Shown: positions 47,083 through 58,251 of the stretch, one piece after another | Position numbering within the stretch: position 1 is the stretch's first letter | Layout: every line of letters begins with the position of its first letter | The notes under the pieces: generated by a model | What the model was told of the DNA's origin: nothing | Databases searched by the model: none | What the model saw: the letters and a program-made list of their open reading frames with translations, nothing else | Made by a program: the position numbers and the translations under genes | Origin: Candidatus Yonathbacteria bacterium | Lineage (GTDB): Bacteria; Patescibacteriota; Minisyncoccia; Phycocordibacterales; JACNGX01 | Direction of reading: 5' to 3' | Length of the DNA stretch: 64,000 nt | NCBI GenBank assembly: GCA_013334825.1 | Contig: JAAXWR010000003.1 | Location: 101,167 to 165,166, forward strand

Positions 47083-47820
47083 TTAAGTTAGGATTTTTTC
47101 TGCTAAAACTTTTATTTTTTCACTGCTCAGAATGTCAAATCCTTTAACATTCTTCTCTATGAGAGAAGTTGCTACTAAAAAATCAGTAACTCCTATCTCT
47201 AAAAAAGTCTTAACATTTTCTTCTGTGATACCACTTGCAATACCAAGTCTTTGATCAATACTCAGATAAGTTTTTATTTCCTTTATCTTTTCGTAATCAG
47301 CAGGTTTGCCAGTAGCTATTCCTGAAGTTGTAGGTATGACATAGTTAAACTTAGGAATATTATCACAGAGTCTTTTAAGGTCATCGCCAGAAGCAGATGA
47401 ATGCCTTGAATATTTAAATGCTAATCCAGTGAAAAAATCAGTTCGAGACACTTCAGCAACAAGAGGAATTATTTTCGCAAAAGAACCATCTGATTGAATC
47501 ATATTAAAATCTTTTTCTTTAATAGCATCAATCAAATCTGATTCCATTGTTTCAAACCTTTTTAAAAAATTAACCCCAACTGGAAAATTGGGAAAAAGTT
47601 TTTTTATCTCGGAATAATAAAAGAATAAATCTTCTGACGTTGCTCTTTTTGAGTGTCCATTTGATTCATTTTCATAGTCAGGGATTAAAAATATACCACT
47701 TGCCCCTGCTTTAAAAATCTTTGTTGCCTCTTCAATCACATGTTTGGAAGCTTCGTTGTCATTTGTTTTATGCTGAACATGAATGACAACAAAAAAGCGA
47801 GGAAATAATTTTTTATTCAC
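47083..47820 (-). CDS. BtpA/SgcQ-like TIM-barrel protein
   Basis: VVIH, PVGVNFL, GLAFKY, TTSGIATG, IASGITEENV, FLVATSL; AT-rich. Confidence 0.75.
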   Translation of the reverse strand: MNKKLFPRFFVVIHVQHKTNDNEASKHVIEEATKIFKAGASGIFLIPDYENESNGHSKRATSEDLFFYYSEIKKLFPNFPVGVNFLKRFETMESDLIDAIKEKDFNMIQSDGSFAKIIPLVAEVSRTDFFTGLAFKYSRHSSASGDDLKRLCDNIPKFNYVIPTTSGIATGKPADYEKIKEIKTYLSIDQRLGIASGITEENVKTFLEIGVTDFLVATSLIEKNVKGFDILSSEKIKVLAEKILT

Positions 47821-48010
47821 GGTCTTTAAATTTAAAATATTTGAAGGACATGTTACTATTTGTCATCATACGGGTATTAGAGGTTGTGTCAAGATACCGT
47901 AAAACACACGGAGGGCTTAGAGCCCGCCGTGTGTTTTGTTGTTTTTTATTTTTCACTTTTTAGTTTTTCGTTTATTGTTGATTTATTTTTTGATATCTTA
48001 ATCTCCTTGT

Positions 48011-48373
48011 TTATCTGCTCAACTCCGCGTCAATGTTTTCAAGCTCGGTATCAAGTCCTGAAAGGTCAGTTGCCGAGAGGTCTGCTTCGATGGAGGAAAT
48101 ATCATCTGATGTTCCTTGTTCTTTAAGCGCTTCAGTCACTGGGTCAGGGCGGTTTAAGATGTCTTCTCCGGTAACGTTTTCTTCGACAGGAGGAAGTGTC
48201 CCCGATTCATCAAGTTCTTTACCCCAGAAATAGAATGTTCCAATGATAAGAATTGCGACAACAATAACGATGCCGACGATAGCCCCCCATGATGTTTCTT
48301 GAGTTGGCATGACGGCACGTGTTTCTTTAGGCATTCCCGAAGGAGATGTGGGGGAAGAGGGTATGGTATCCAT
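48011..48373 (-). CDS. Single-TM hypothetical protein with acidic tail
   Basis: 120-aa ORF. Confidence 0.75.
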   Translation of the reverse strand: MDTIPSSPTSPSGMPKETRAVMPTQETSWGAIVGIVIVVAILIIGTFYFWGKELDESGTLPPVEENVTGEDILNRPDPVTEALKEQGTSDDISSIEADLSATDLSGLDTELENIDAELSR

Positions 48374-48398
48374 AGAAATATGTGATGATAATAAAAAC

Positions 48399-49493
48399 TT
48401 AAAGCGTATTGTCTGATGATGTATCTACAGGCGTGACAGATTTGAGTGAAGCAAGTGCGGAAGTAAGTTTTTCACGTGCTGTGCGCACTGAGTCAGCGGC
48501 ACTTTTCATTGCTTCTCGTACAATATCTGTGGCACTGCGTGCGTCATTGGTCACGAGTGAATCCGAAAGAAGTGTTGATGCGTCTGTTAGTGATTCTTTT
48601 GCAGCAGCAAGATGAATGCGTGCATCAGATACGAGAGACGTTGCTTCTGATGTATCTGCAGAAGAAGATGCGCTCTCAGTCTTTGCTATACGTGAATCAA
48701 TACGGTCGGCGAGTTTCTCAAGACGTTCAATCGCGGCGGTTACTCGTTCGATAACCCGTATTGCATATGCTTTGATACGTTCTTTTGCTTGCTCGGCAAG
48801 TGCTTCCTTTTTCTCGGCGAATTGTTCTTTGCGTGTCTCAAGTTTCTCCGCGACGGCAGTGCTTTTTTCTGCAATGCGGGCTTTTACTTCTTCAAGTTTC
48901 ACATCGCGATTTTCGATTGCTTGTTTTGCTTTGGCACATGCATTGGTGATATCAGCGCAGGTCATAGAGTCAATGCTTGTGCAGCCATCTTTTATTGCTG
49001 AACCGTCCGCGACGTTTGTGAGATTTCCTGCCACTGTTTCACATGTTGTCTTGATGGTGGCGCGAGTTACTTCACACGATGTTTCGGTAGCGGTAGAGCA
49101 TGCATTTGTAATCCACGCGGGCATGTTCGCAAGAAGTGGAGTTGCATTTGTACGGAGAGCATTTACCGTCTCTGTCATATGGGTGACATCAGGAGTCATT
49201 CCCGCACGCAGTGAACCGAGAGCATGTTCAATTTCTTTTTGCATTGTTCCCGTGGGGTCTGATTGTTCTTTGGAAATATTTTTTGCACGCTCAAGTTCTT
49301 TGCGTTTGATTTGTGCTTGCTCTTGTATAGAGACAGAGGTTGCGCTTGTTGTGCTCGGCGCGGGTGACTCTAGAGATGTAGCTCCAGTTTGTGCGGATAC
49401 CCCTTGTCCCATAAAAACGAGTGCAAGAAGTGAAGTGATGAGAATATGATGCATAGATGTGAATAATGAATAATGAGATGACGGTGTATACAC
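48399..49493 (-). CDS. Secreted coiled-coil hypothetical protein
   Basis: Signal peptide (MHHILITSLLALVFMGQGVSA), Cys-containing middle, long helical C-terminus. Confidence 0.75.
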   Translation of the reverse strand: MYTPSSHYSLFTSMHHILITSLLALVFMGQGVSAQTGATSLESPAPSTTSATSVSIQEQAQIKRKELERAKNISKEQSDPTGTMQKEIEHALGSLRAGMTPDVTHMTETVNALRTNATPLLANMPAWITNACSTATETSCEVTRATIKTTCETVAGNLTNVADGSAIKDGCTSIDSMTCADITNACAKAKQAIENRDVKLEEVKARIAEKSTAVAEKLETRKEQFAEKKEALAEQAKERIKAYAIRVIERVTAAIERLEKLADRIDSRIAKTESASSSADTSEATSLVSDARIHLAAAKESLTDASTLLSDSLVTNDARSATDIVREAMKSAADSVRTAREKLTSALASLKSVTPVDTSSDNTL

Positions 49494-49579
49494 TGTGTGT
49501 ATCTGTTCCGTATGTATTTAGTATAGCAAAACAACGCACAAGTGAGTGTGCGTTGTTTTCCACAGGTCTTTGTTCATTA

Positions 49580-50110
49580 TTATTCGCCGTATGCTTCGCG
49601 GTAGAGGTCGAAAGAACGTTTCACGACTTCGAGCGCGGCATCACGCCCTTCCCATTCTCCGACTGTCACTTCTTTTTCTTGAAGTTGTTTGTATACCGCA
49701 AAAAAGTGACGAGATTCAGCAAGAAGGTGTGGCTCAAGATCAGAGATATCTTTGGTATTTTTGAAACGTGGGTCGGTGACGGGAACAGCAAGGACTTTTG
49801 CGTCATCATCGCCACTATCATTCATTGCGAGTACTCCAATGACGCGTGCTTCTACAAGTGCGCCGGGGACAATTTCTTCATGCGCGAGGACGAGTACATC
49901 AAGTGGGTCGCCATCTTCCCAGAGTGTACGAGGAACAAATCCATAATTGGCAGGGTAGTGCATTGGGGAGTATAGTACACGGTCAAACTGAATAAGCCCT
50001 GTTTCTTTGTCGAGTTCGTATTTGACGCGAGACCCTTTGGGGATCTCAATAATAACGTTTACTTGTTCGGGGGTGTGTTTCCCTGCGGATACATCGTGCC
50101 AGAGGTTCAT
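49580..50110 (-). CDS. ppa: Inorganic pyrophosphatase
   Basis: EIPKGSRVKYE, YPANYGF, DGDPLDVLV, DDAKV. Confidence 0.97.
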   Translation of the reverse strand: MNLWHDVSAGKHTPEQVNVIIEIPKGSRVKYELDKETGLIQFDRVLYSPMHYPANYGFVPRTLWEDGDPLDVLVLAHEEIVPGALVEARVIGVLAMNDSGDDDAKVLAVPVTDPRFKNTKDISDLEPHLLAESRHFFAVYKQLQEKEVTVGEWEGRDAALEVVKRSFDLYREAYGE

Positions 50111-50124
50111 AGATATATGTTAAG

Positions 50125-50191
50125 AATTAAGAATTTAAGAATAAGGAATTAGAAATTAGAAATTAGAAATTAGAAATTAGAAATTAGAAAT
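50125..50191 (+). repeat. Heptamer tandem repeat (AATTAGA)n
   Basis: About 6 exact and several degenerate units. Confidence 0.9.
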
Positions 50192-50387
50192 TTCCTACAC
50201 TATACAGCATAACGCGGAGGGGTGGTGTGTGCAAGGGGAGGAATAAAAATCTTCATATGACAGAAAATGTCCAGAATATAATAGAAAATAAAAATGTTGA
50301 AATTTCAGCGTTCAAAAGATATCATATATAATATTTTCTCTCAACATGGTAATATCATGTATGTATAAAAAGCGCCACATTGGCGCT

Positions 50388-50747
50388 TTAGAGAGTATAT
50401 CCTTTTTTTAACATACGCATTTCCTCAGGAAAAAATATCTCTAGTGCGATAAAGATCTCTCTTCCTGTGTAATCTTTAAGAATGTTTCGTACTTCCTCAA
50501 ATATGGGAGGCTCATTGAGAAAATAGGAAAGCTCTTTATTGAATGCGAATGCGATACGGGCAAGGAGATTAATAGAAGGTGTAGCGCATCCTTTCTCGAT
50601 GTTGACGAGATGATTTTGTGATACCCCTATTTTTTTTGCAAAATCTCGTTGACGTACCTTCGCCACTTTTCGAAGAAATCGTATATTTCTTCCGATAAGT
50701 GCAGGGTCTAATAGAAATTGATTCCCGATGACAACTTCCGAAGACAT
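50388..50747 (-). CDS. XRE-family HTH regulator
   Basis: IGRNIRFLRK..QRDFAKKIGVSQNHLVNIEKG..PSINLLARIA. Confidence 0.88.
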   Translation of the reverse strand: MSSEVVIGNQFLLDPALIGRNIRFLRKVAKVRQRDFAKKIGVSQNHLVNIEKGCATPSINLLARIAFAFNKELSYFLNEPPIFEEVRNILKDYTGREIFIALEIFFPEEMRMLKKGYTL

Positions 50748-50955
50748 GTTTTTAAGTTTTTTTTGTTAATCTAATTAAATATCGTGAGAAAAATCAACTT
50801 CATGGTGGCATCAGTTTTTTTATGATGCGACGTAGTGTTTTGTTTGTATAGCCAACCTTCTTTCAAGAGAATAATATATATATTATATATTGTCAACACA
50901 ACACACGGTGAGCATTCAGCTCACCGTGTGTTGTGTATGATTGAGAGATTCGTCG

Positions 50956-52359
50956 TTATTTTGTTTTTTCGTCGTCCGATGGTTCTTGTGTTTCGATGGC
51001 TTCTTCTGTTTTGTCCGCGTCGGTTGCTTGATCATCCTCGGTTTCATGGAGTCCAGGAGCAACATCTGATTCTTGTTCTTCGGTGACGTCTTCAATGACA
51101 GCACCGAGACTGATATACCCTTCCTCATCTTCATCTTCTGTAAATGAGTGTTTGTGATGGAGGGCTTCTTCGGAGAACATTTCTTCGGTTGTACCATCAT
51201 CGCCTGCGATGTCGATATTCCATCCGGTGAGTTTGACAGCGAGACGTGCGTTTTGCCCACCTTTACCGATAGCAAGAGAGAGTTGCTCAGAAGGAACAGT
51301 CACTTTCGCCGCGCGACGTGTTTCGTCGATTTCAATACCAAGAACACGTGCAGGTGAGAGTGCGGCAGCAACGAAGCGATCGGGTTTTTCATCCCAGAGA
51401 ATGATGTCAATTTTTTCTCCCGCGAGTTCATTCATGATTGTGGAGACACGCATACCGCGCTGACCAACACATGCACCAATAGGGTCGACATGGGCGTCAT
51501 TTGAGTATACGGCGACTTTTGAGCGAGAGCCGGGTTCGCGAGCGATTGACTTGAGTTCGACAACACCACTTGCTACTTCAGGTGCTTCCATTTCAAAAAG
51601 TCTGCGCAAGAATTCAGGATGCGAACGTGAAAGACGGATTGATACGCCACGGGGAGTCTCGGCGACATCAAACATATATGCGCGGATGCGCATGCCTTGA
51701 CGATAGTGCTCAGTGGGGATTTGTTCTTCGTAGGGAATGATACCCGTCGCACGATCAAGGTCAACAAACACCGTACCGCGTTCTACACGCTGAATAGTGC
51801 CCGATACAATATCGCCTTTTCGATCCGCGTATTCGCCCATAACAGATTCTTTTTCTGCTTCACGGATTTTTTGGATAATTACTTGCTTTGCTGTTTGTGC
51901 GGCAATACGTCCATAATCATCCTTGCTTTCAAGTGGGAAAATCATTTCATCACCAACGGCGATATCTTTTTTCATACGCTTGGCATCTTCAACAAGAATA
52001 TGTCGTTCGGGGTTGAAGAGTGGCAGTATTTCTTCTTCGTCCGACTGTGTCTCCCCGTGATGTTCATGTGAAAGTGATGCACGAGAAACGTTTCCCGATG
52101 TTTCCTCCGCGGTTTCCTCGTCTTCTTCGGATGGCATGCGGACCGTTGTTTCGTCGGCAACAATTTTTATTTGTTCAAACGATACGGTGCCTGTTTCAGC
52201 ATCAAAAAATGCACGGACGATTTGATCTTTTTTGCCGTAGTCTTTTTTGTACGCAGCAGCGATTGCTTGTTCAATAGCCTCCATGATTTTTTCACGAGGA
52301 ATACCGCGCTCTTCTTCGAGCTGTGCGAGGGCGGAATTAAATACTTTGATGTCAAACAT
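50956..52359 (-). CDS. nusA: Transcription termination factor NusA
   Basis: YGRIAAQTAKQVIIQKIREAE, AREPGSRSKVAV, LSLAIGKGGQNARLA. Confidence 0.98.
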   Translation of the reverse strand: MFDIKVFNSALAQLEEERGIPREKIMEAIEQAIAAAYKKDYGKKDQIVRAFFDAETGTVSFEQIKIVADETTVRMPSEEDEETAEETSGNVSRASLSHEHHGETQSDEEEILPLFNPERHILVEDAKRMKKDIAVGDEMIFPLESKDDYGRIAAQTAKQVIIQKIREAEKESVMGEYADRKGDIVSGTIQRVERGTVFVDLDRATGIIPYEEQIPTEHYRQGMRIRAYMFDVAETPRGVSIRLSRSHPEFLRRLFEMEAPEVASGVVELKSIAREPGSRSKVAVYSNDAHVDPIGACVGQRGMRVSTIMNELAGEKIDIILWDEKPDRFVAAALSPARVLGIEIDETRRAAKVTVPSEQLSLAIGKGGQNARLAVKLTGWNIDIAGDDGTTEEMFSEEALHHKHSFTEDEDEEGYISLGAVIEDVTEEQESDVAPGLHETEDDQATDADKTEEAIETQEPSDDEKTK

Positions 52360-53253
52360 AATAGTATGTTAGTAAGTTAGTAATTAGTATATGAGGAGAT
52401 TAAATATTAGGAGATTAAACGTGTATTTGATAGTTAATTTCCTAATTCTTAAGCTCCCTTTTGTAAAAAAGACCGGTGCTTTCGCAACGGACCTCCACGT
52501 GAGTAGTATATCAGATGTTCGAGATAAGTCAATGCGCTGTAGGAAATAGGTTAGAGGAGATAGGGACAGATATTCGAATCAAGCGTGCCCTGCCCCCTAC
52601 ATGGCGTGCTGTGCATCCCACGTGGTGCACAGTGCAGGGAATCACGAAGCACGAATCAAGAAGAAAAACGATAGACGATGAAATAAGAAATATGAAGTTA
52701 GAAATATGGGGTTACGAAGTACGAATGAGTATGAACATACGAAACGGGACGGGAATTAAGAATACAAGACGAGAATTAAGAATAAGGAATTAAGAATCAA
52801 GAATACGGACGGACTGGAAATGAGGAGTAGGAATATGAAGAGGAAACTATAAAAAATTAAAGGTTAAAAAGAAAAAACTATAGACAATGAAATAAGAAAT
52901 ATGAAGACGAAAACTATAAACGAGAGACAATGAAATAAGAAAATAGAAATAAGGAATATGGGAAGAGAAAACTATAAACGATAAAAAAGAAGTCGTATTC
53001 GTATATTGTACACATTCGTTATTCGTAATCTTCGTAAGTGTTCTTGAAATGGGTCCGCTTCGCTCTTCCGTAACGGAGACGTCACGGGAAACTCGTGAAC
53101 TCGTTTTTTTTGACACTCGACAATCATCAATCTGTTTCTTACATTCATTTCACTATTTTTTATGTGCCCTGTTATGTTTCGCGTTTGTTTATGCACAGAA
53201 TATAGTTCCGCACAGTAGACGGGTATCTGATATACTATATGTATATAATTTAT

Positions 53254-55008
53254 ATGCGCGTAGACGAAGGACAACTGAAAACATTTATTGCGGATTCTGG
53301 GCTTGTTTCTGCGAAAGAAATTGATGCTGCGGCAGAGAAAGCACGAAAAGCAAAAAAGACATTTAAAGAAACTCTCCTCGCTGACGGAATATTGTCCGAG
53401 GATGATTTTCGTCGTATGGAAGCACACGTTCTTGGTATTCCGTTTGTTAGTTTGAAAAATCTCAAAATTGAATATGAACTTCTCTCTCTTATTCCAGAAC
53501 CAATTGCTCGGCGACATAATATTATTGGATTTAAAAAAGGAGATGGGGTACTTGAGGTGGCAATGCTTGATACGGATGATCTTACGGCAATTGATTTTGT
53601 AAAGAAAAAAGTAGGACTTAAGATTCTTCCTCGTTTGACAGACAAAGCATCTATTAAAAGTGCTCTTTTGCAGTATCAAAAAAATCTTAAAGCAGAATTT
53701 GGAGATATTATAAAAGAAGAGGCGGAATCATTAAAAACCATTGCGGAAAGTAAAGAGGGAGAACATCTTTCCGAAGGGGATTTAAAGAAGTTGGCGGAAG
53801 ATTTGCCTGTTGTAAAGATTGTGGATTCGCTCCTTCGTCATGCTATTGTACAAAATGCATCTGATATTCATATTGAACCACAGGAAAAAGAGCTTATTGT
53901 TCGCTATCGAATTGACGGAATTTTGCACGACGCAATGGTACTTCCAAAAGCCGCCGGACCTGGCGTTACTGCGCGTATCAAAGTATTATCAAACCTTAAG
54001 CTTGATGAAAAACGATTACCTCAAGATGGTCGTTTCAAAATTGAAGAAAATGAGGAGAAGGTTTCATTTCGTGTCTCGACAATTCCCACAGCATTTGGTG
54101 AAAAGACTGTGATGAGACTTCTCAGGGAGCGTACATCTGGGTTTACACTTGAGACTCTTGGTTTTCATGGTCAGGGGCTTGAATATATTCGTGAATCAAC
54201 GCGTCAAAAAACGGGTATGATTCTCGTGACGGGACCTACCGGTTCAGGGAAAACGACGACACTGTATACTGTTCTTGATATCTTGAATACCCCTGAGGTA
54301 AATATTTCGACAATAGAGGATCCGATCGAGTATCAAGTTGCACGCGTTAATCAAACACAAGTAAAACCTGATATCGGATTTACTTTTTCCAATGGTCTTC
54401 GTGCTCTTGTGCGCCAAGACCCAGACGTTATTCTTGTGGGTGAAATTCGTGATACTGAAACAGCAAGCCTTGCAGTAAACGCATCGTTGACAGGGCATGT
54501 TGTACTTTCAACACTGCACACTAATTCTGCGGGAGGTACGATTCCACGATTACTTGATATGGGTATTGAACCGTTTCTTCTTGTTTCGACAGTCAATGTT
54601 GTCATCGCACAACGTCTTGTTCGTAAATTGTGTTCTGGAAAAGAAAAATATTTTTTGACAAAAGCTGAAATATCTCAACTTGAGAAACATGCAAATCTCG
54701 ATCTAGTTCTCGGAGAACTCAAAGAAGAAGGTGTTGTCGAAGCAAAAGCAACATGGGAAAAGATTCCATTTTATAAACCGAAAAAAACCCCTCAATGTGA
54801 AAGTGGCTATACTGGACGTGTGGGTATCCATGAAATTATGCATATGTCATCTCCACTACGTGAATTAGTTATGCGCGGAACAACATCCCAAGAAATCGAG
54901 ACACAAGCAAAGAAAGAAGGCATGATGACGATGCTTGAAGACGGTATATTTAAAGCGGCACAGGGGGTGACAACGATAGAGGAAGTATTGCGCGTAGTAT
55001 CAGAGTAG
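53254..55008 (+). CDS. pilB: Type IV pilus/T2SS assembly ATPase (PilB/GspE)
   Basis: ASDIHIEP, EKRLPQDGR, GPTGSGKTTT, RQDPDVILVGEIRD, LSTLHTN. Confidence 0.95.
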   Translation: MRVDEGQLKTFIADSGLVSAKEIDAAAEKARKAKKTFKETLLADGILSEDDFRRMEAHVLGIPFVSLKNLKIEYELLSLIPEPIARRHNIIGFKKGDGVLEVAMLDTDDLTAIDFVKKKVGLKILPRLTDKASIKSALLQYQKNLKAEFGDIIKEEAESLKTIAESKEGEHLSEGDLKKLAEDLPVVKIVDSLLRHAIVQNASDIHIEPQEKELIVRYRIDGILHDAMVLPKAAGPGVTARIKVLSNLKLDEKRLPQDGRFKIEENEEKVSFRVSTIPTAFGEKTVMRLLRERTSGFTLETLGFHGQGLEYIRESTRQKTGMILVTGPTGSGKTTTLYTVLDILNTPEVNISTIEDPIEYQVARVNQTQVKPDIGFTFSNGLRALVRQDPDVILVGEIRDTETASLAVNASLTGHVVLSTLHTNSAGGTIPRLLDMGIEPFLLVSTVNVVIAQRLVRKLCSGKEKYFLTKAEISQLEKHANLDLVLGELKEEGVVEAKATWEKIPFYKPKKTPQCESGYTGRVGIHEIMHMSSPLRELVMRGTTSQEIETQAKKEGMMTMLEDGIFKAAQGVTTIEEVLRVVSE

Positions 55009-55201
55009 AACATAACAAAAGACAAATTTTACATAACATATATAGTGTCAATATAGTAATGTTGTTCTATTTTTTCGTACCCAATAGTCTGTTTGTTGTT
55101 TGGTGCTTGTGATTTGGAACTTTGCTACTCGTATTTGTTATTATGTAGAGAAGTGTTTCGTGAAATAATATTTTTAGTATATCATTGAGTACATACATAC
55201 T

Positions 55202-56419
55202 ATGCGTTTTTCTTATATTATTATTACAAAAGATGGCGAACGAAAAAAAGGAAATGCTGTTGCAACAGATAAATATGATCTCGCACACCGCTTTAAAGAA
55301 GAAGGGTCGACACTAGTTGCAGCAAAGGAGGAGCGGGTCAATTTCTTTCATGCAATTGCGCGTCTTCAGTTATTTTCAAATGTATCTGTTGAAGAGCGTA
55401 TTAATTTTGCACACAATCTTTCTTCTATGATACGTGCGGGGTTACCATTATCACGCGCACTTTCTATTATGGAAAGGCAGACAAAAAATGAAACATTCAA
55501 ACGAGTACTTGAATCACTTATGTCTCGTATCAAAGAGGGAGGAGATTTGTCAGGAGGACTCGCTATGTTTCCAGGAGTATTTTCTCCGCTTTTTGTATCT
55601 ATGGTTCATGCCGGTGAAGAATCGGGCAATCTTGCATCTGCACTTGAAATTGTTGGTATGCAAATAAAAAAGAATAATGATATCGTCAAAAAAGTAAAGG
55701 GTGCCATGATTTATCCGTCCATTGTTATATCTGTCATGGTTGTGGTTGGTATCGTTATGATTATGAAAGTTGTTCCAACGCTGACTTCTACATTTGTTGA
55801 ACTTAATGTCGAGCTTCCTTTTGCAACACAAGTTCTCATTGGTCTTTCGAACGGGCTGAGAGCATATGCACTAATTATTTTTCCAGTCATCGCACTTCTT
55901 GTTGGACTTGTTGTTGCGTATACGAAGACAGACAACGGACGATATGTAAAAGACGCTATAGTATTACATGTCCCTATTGTGTCTAGTATTGTAAAACAAC
56001 TGAACACAGCGCGCACAGCGAGGACGCTCTCTTCACTTCTTTCCGCAGGTGTAGATATAGTTGAAGCAATGAACATTACGCGTGATGTGGTACAAAATGT
56101 ACACTTTAAAAAAATCATTGCGCACACTGGAGAGAGTATTCAAAAAGGAGTGCCATTATCAAAGACGTTTTCGACAGAAGATGCACTTGCTTGTTATCCG
56201 CTTCTTTTTTCTGAGATGATTGCAGTGGGTGAGGAAACAGGCAAGCTTGCGGATATGCTTGAAGAGAATGCGCTTTTTTTTGAAGGTGAAGTCGAAGAAG
56301 CGACAAAAAATATGTCGACCATTGTTGAACCAGTGCTCATGCTCATTGTTGGTGTTGCTGTTGGATTTTTTGCTATGGCCATGATTGCTCCGATGTATAG
56401 TGTTATGAGCGGGGTATAA
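55202..56419 (+). CDS. pilC: Type IV pilus platform protein (PilC/GspF)
   Basis: SMVHAGEESGNL, KGAMIYP, MIAVGEETGKL, IVEPVLM. Confidence 0.95.
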   Translation: MRFSYIIITKDGERKKGNAVATDKYDLAHRFKEEGSTLVAAKEERVNFFHAIARLQLFSNVSVEERINFAHNLSSMIRAGLPLSRALSIMERQTKNETFKRVLESLMSRIKEGGDLSGGLAMFPGVFSPLFVSMVHAGEESGNLASALEIVGMQIKKNNDIVKKVKGAMIYPSIVISVMVVVGIVMIMKVVPTLTSTFVELNVELPFATQVLIGLSNGLRAYALIIFPVIALLVGLVVAYTKTDNGRYVKDAIVLHVPIVSSIVKQLNTARTARTLSSLLSAGVDIVEAMNITRDVVQNVHFKKIIAHTGESIQKGVPLSKTFSTEDALACYPLLFSEMIAVGEETGKLADMLEENALFFEGEVEEATKNMSTIVEPVLMLIVGVAVGFFAMAMIAPMYSVMSGV

Positions 56420-56481
56420 TATATCCACTATTCGCAATAAATATCGTTGAAATAGCTGTTACGATAGTCATATACGGTAGT

Positions 56482-58251
56482 ATGTCCATTTTCTTTTTGC
56501 AACAACATATATATGTTAACCGTGTCGCATCACATCGACGTGGTTTCTCTCTTATTGATATCGTTGTTGGTACTGCACTTTTTTTACTTGTATTTGTATC
56601 AATTGCGGGTGTATTTCGTTTAAGTGTTGCATTGGTTGCAGAAAGTAAGGCGCGTATCGGAGCTCTTTCACTTGCACAAGAAACAGTGGAATTTGTTCGT
56701 AGTATGTCATATGGCGATGTTGGTGTTGTGGGAGGTATCCCTGCAGGGGAATTACCCCAATCAGAAACAATTACGATGAATGGTGTTTCGTATACGCGGA
56801 GAATACTCGTTCTTTATGATGATAATCCTGCAGACGGAGTTGGTGATGATGATGAAAATGGTATTACGACTGATAATAAACGTTTTTCCGTGAGTGTTTC
56901 ATGGGAATCACGGGGAATGTCTCGTTCTGTGCGTTTAGTGTCCACTATTGTTCCTCAGGGAATTGAAACAAGTGCAGGAGGAGGGACTCTTATTGTGAAT
57001 GTTGCAGATGCTTCCCTTTATCCTCTTGCAGACGTGACAGTGCATATAGAGAATGCATCAGTATCTCCTTCTGTTTCAATGGATGTTTTTACGAATAGTC
57101 AGGGAAGAGTTATGGTAGATGGTGCACCATCTGCTGGAGAATATGAAATAGTTGTTTCAAAAGATGGTTATTCTACTGTTCGTACATATGATGTCTCAGA
57201 AGAACTTTCTGCTCCATCTCCTGGACATGCATCAATCCTTGAAGGACAAAGCACTGTGGTGAGTTTTCAAACTGATCGTGTTTCTTCTCTGAATATATAT
57301 ACACGTAAACCACTTGAACCATGGAGTCTTGAAGATATGCTTGAGGATAGTAATCTTCTTGCTGCTACAACAGGTGTCACTGTTTCTGGGGGACATGCCA
57401 CGCTTGCCAGTAATGGTATGGGCGGACATGTCCTTACCGGGACGGTTCTTTCAAACACTATTGCTCCTTCATATTTATCATCATGGGAATCTTTTGATTG
57501 GGATGCGTTAGAACCGGTGGGTACATCAATCGTGTGGCATGTGTATGAAGAAAACGGAGGAAATCCCGTATTGTTATCCGAAGAAGTATTACCTGGAAAC
57601 ACAGAAGGATTTACGTCTGGACCGATTAATATCTCGAGTGTTTCTGCTAGTTTGTATCCAAAACTTCGTATTGGGGCTGAGTTCTCTACAAATAATGAGG
57701 TTTATACTCCCACTCTTTATGATTGGTCGCTCTCAACAATTGTTGGACCTGTTCCTTTAGGGGATGTTCCTTTTACGATAGTGGGAAGAAAAACAAAAGG
57801 AACAGATGACGGTATTCCTGTTTCGATTATTGAACGTAATGAGATAACAAATAGTGCAGGATTTTTCTCTGTTGGGGATTTATTGTGGGATATGTATGAT
57901 ATTGTTACAGGGGGGGCATATGATATTGCTGATTCATGTGTCCCTGATCCTTATAATCTTGCTCCCGACGAACATCCAGACGTGTCACTTATTGTAGTAC
58001 CGCATACAGCTCACTCTTTACGTATTTCTGTGTTTGGAAATGGTGATGTCCCGCTTGAGGGTGCGTCAGTACGAGTGAATGGTGTCGGATATGATGAGAC
58101 CATAGTTTCTTCTTCGTGCGGGCAAGTATTTTTTGTGCTTCCAGGGAGCGGAACATATACCTATACTATTTCAGCAACCGGATATGAGGTATTGTCAGAG
58201 ACTGTATCAGTTTCTGGGACGGTGACTCTTTCAAAATCGTTGGACCATTGA
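56482..58251 (+). CDS. Large minor pilin-like protein with beta-sandwich (carboxypeptidase-regulatory-like) domains
   Basis: Class III-like signal RRG-FSLID followed by hydrophobic helix. Confidence 0.8.
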   Translation: MSIFFLQQHIYVNRVASHRRGFSLIDIVVGTALFLLVFVSIAGVFRLSVALVAESKARIGALSLAQETVEFVRSMSYGDVGVVGGIPAGELPQSETITMNGVSYTRRILVLYDDNPADGVGDDDENGITTDNKRFSVSVSWESRGMSRSVRLVSTIVPQGIETSAGGGTLIVNVADASLYPLADVTVHIENASVSPSVSMDVFTNSQGRVMVDGAPSAGEYEIVVSKDGYSTVRTYDVSEELSAPSPGHASILEGQSTVVSFQTDRVSSLNIYTRKPLEPWSLEDMLEDSNLLAATTGVTVSGGHATLASNGMGGHVLTGTVLSNTIAPSYLSSWESFDWDALEPVGTSIVWHVYEENGGNPVLLSEEVLPGNTEGFTSGPINISSVSASLYPKLRIGAEFSTNNEVYTPTLYDWSLSTIVGPVPLGDVPFTIVGRKTKGTDDGIPVSIIERNEITNSAGFFSVGDLLWDMYDIVTGGAYDIADSCVPDPYNLAPDEHPDVSLIVVPHTAHSLRISVFGNGDVPLEGASVRVNGVGYDETIVSSSCGQVFFVLPGSGTYTYTISATGYEVLSETVSVSGTVTLSKSLDH

